DNA of 28,840 nucleotides from Cyanobacteria bacterium P01_A01_bin.123. Its GTDB lineage: Bacteria > Cyanobacteriota > Cyanobacteriia > Phormidesmidales > Phormidesmidaceae. How positions within the stretch are numbered: position 1 is the first letter of the stretch; each line of letters begins with the position of its first letter. The notes below the pieces were generated by a model. That model was given only the letters and a program-made list of their open reading frames with translations, was not told the origin of the DNA and did no database searches. A program made the position numbers and the translations under genes. The DNA lies in contig JBCBZT010000074.1 in the NCBI GenBank assembly GCA_039815185.1, positions 1 to 28,840 of the forward strand. Direction: 5' to 3'. Shown piece by piece: positions 27,768 to 28,840 of this stretch.

Positions 27768-28840
27768 ATGGGCAAAAAAGGATTTGGCAAGCCATTAGCC
27801 ATACCAACGCGCAAGGCGACTCAATTTATGCGTGAGGTGATGGAGTGTATTGCAGATGCTGATGAAGATCAGAAGAAAGTTCATCAGTTTTTTCAGGCTA
27901 ATTTGGCGAAGCTAGATGAAGCGTTATTAGAAGCCTTACCCTTGGTGTTTGCCAAATTGACAGCAGATCAGCCTGCAAAGACACGACAGAATGTTGCAGC
28001 GTCATTTGGTAACTTTGGCCACTTGATTGGGCAGTTCCCATTGGGTAATCGACTGCTGAACCTTGAGTTGAGTATTTTAGCCTGCCAACTCGCGCTGAAA
28101 ATCTATGCCCATGAAGCATTCCCAGAAAATTGGGCCGCAATACAAAATAACTTGGGGAATGCCCATGGAGATCGCATTCGGGGCGACCGGGCAGAAAATC
28201 TGGAAAAAGCGATCGCGGCCTATGAATTGGCGTTGCAGGTTCGTACCCGTGAGGCTTTCCCAGCAGATTGGGCAGCGACACAAAATAATTTGGGAAGTGC
28301 CTACAGCGATCGCATTCGGGGCGACCGAGCAGAAAATCTGGAAAAAGCGATCGCGGCATGTGAATTGGCGTTGCAGGTTCGTACCCGTGAGGCTTTCCCA
28401 GCAGATTGGGCACAGACTCAGGGTAACCTCGGAAATGCCTACAACGATCGTATTTGGGGCGACCGAGCAGAAAATCTGGAAAAAGCAATCGCGGCCTACG
28501 AATTGGTGTTGCAGGTCTATACCCGTGAGGCATTTTCAGAAAAGTGGACAAGGACACAAAATAATCTGGGAACTGCCTACAGCGATCGTATTTGGGGCGA
28601 CCGAGCAGAAAATCTGGAAAAAGCAATCGCGGCCTACGAATTGGCGTTTCAGGCCTACACCTGTGAGGCATTTCCAGAAAAGTGGGCAGGAATACAAAAT
28701 AATTTGGGAAATGCCTACAGCGATCGCATTCGGGGCGACCGGGCAGAAAATCTGGAAAAAGCGATCGCGGCCTATGAATTGGCGTTGCAGGTTCGTACCC
28801 GTGAGGCTTTCCCAGCAGATTGGGCAGCGACACAAAATAA
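27768..28840 (+). CDS. TPR-repeat protein of the type usually fused to a CHAT (caspase-like) domain; 3' end runs off the window
   Basis: Manual translation is open from ATG 27768: MGKKGFGKPL..FFQANLAKLDE..FGHLIGQFPLGNRLLNLELSI, then 46-aa repeats WAATQNNLGSAYSDRIRGDRAENLEKAIAAYELALQVRTREAFPAD. The CHAT domain itself is not visible. Confidence 0.9.
   Translation, partial: MGKKGFGKPLAIPTRKATQFMREVMECIADADEDQKKVHQFFQANLAKLDEALLEALPLVFAKLTADQPAKTRQNVAASFGNFGHLIGQFPLGNRLLNLELSILACQLALKIYAHEAFPENWAAIQNNLGNAHGDRIRGDRAENLEKAIAAYELALQVRTREAFPADWAATQNNLGSAYSDRIRGDRAENLEKAIAACELALQVRTREAFPADWAQTQGNLGNAYNDRIWGDRAENLEKAIAAYELVLQVYTREAFSEKWTRTQNNLGTAYSDRIWGDRAENLEKAIAAYELAFQAYTCEAFPEKWAGIQNNLGNAYSDRIRGDRAENLEKAIAAYELALQVRTREAFPADWAATQN
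28131..28840 (+). repeat. 138-bp coding tandem repeat, 5 full units plus a partial sixth
   Basis: Units begin (TGG) at 28131, 28269, 28407, 28545, 28683 and 28821. 28170-28288 is identical to 28722-28840. Confidence 0.95.

Larger units (their letters stand above)
4732..28768. repeat. Dispersed HIP1 octamers (GCGATCGC)
   Basis: About 30 copies by eye, e.g. 4732, 10573, 23161, 27503, 28209, 28306, 28347, 28720, 28761. None seen in 1-4700. Confidence 0.9.

Noticed and set aside
27898..28835. 311-aa, 99-aa and 68-aa minus-strand repetitive ORFs
   Set aside because: Antisense shadows of the + strand TPR repeat gene; the repeats propagate stop-free frames.
28131..28840. Tandem repeat as a possible CRISPR array
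   Set aside because: The 138-bp in-frame coding units have no unique spacers, and there are no cas genes.

Overview
Cyanobacterial chromosomal window: it carries petB-petD and ctpA, and about 30 HIP1 octamers (GCGATCGC, hand count). Most of it is conserved core genome: site-2 protease, MBL-fold protein, ctpA divergent from petBD, gmd plus a GT4 glycosyltransferase, TerB-like protein, Crp/Fnr regulator, IMPase/CysQ family, an RHH-like / Ycf46 AAA / DUF1257 operon, TPR protein, recQ, PrsW, yjbQ, CoA-binding protein and a DUF1574-like SGNH protein. Both ends look accessory. Left end: a dCache-HAMP-HisKA kinase gene (runs off the window, absent from the ORF track) behind an unusual HTH-REC-REC gene, next to a 5'-truncated, frameshifted thrC remnant. 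Right end: an exported RidA-family protein, a PEP-CTERM choice-of-anchor-I phosphatase-like gene with a Pho box, and a TPR protein built from near-identical 138-bp repeats (runs off the window, absent from the ORF track). Non-coding signals include a four-fold 8-bp operator over the Ycf46-operon promoter, a duplicated Shine-Dalgarno hairpin inside that operon, an HLR1/RpaB site before ctpA, and two copies of a MITE-like repeat, one carrying a nested 25-bp insert. No rRNA, tRNA, CRISPR array or transposase was seen. Family calls come from motif recognition, not database searches.
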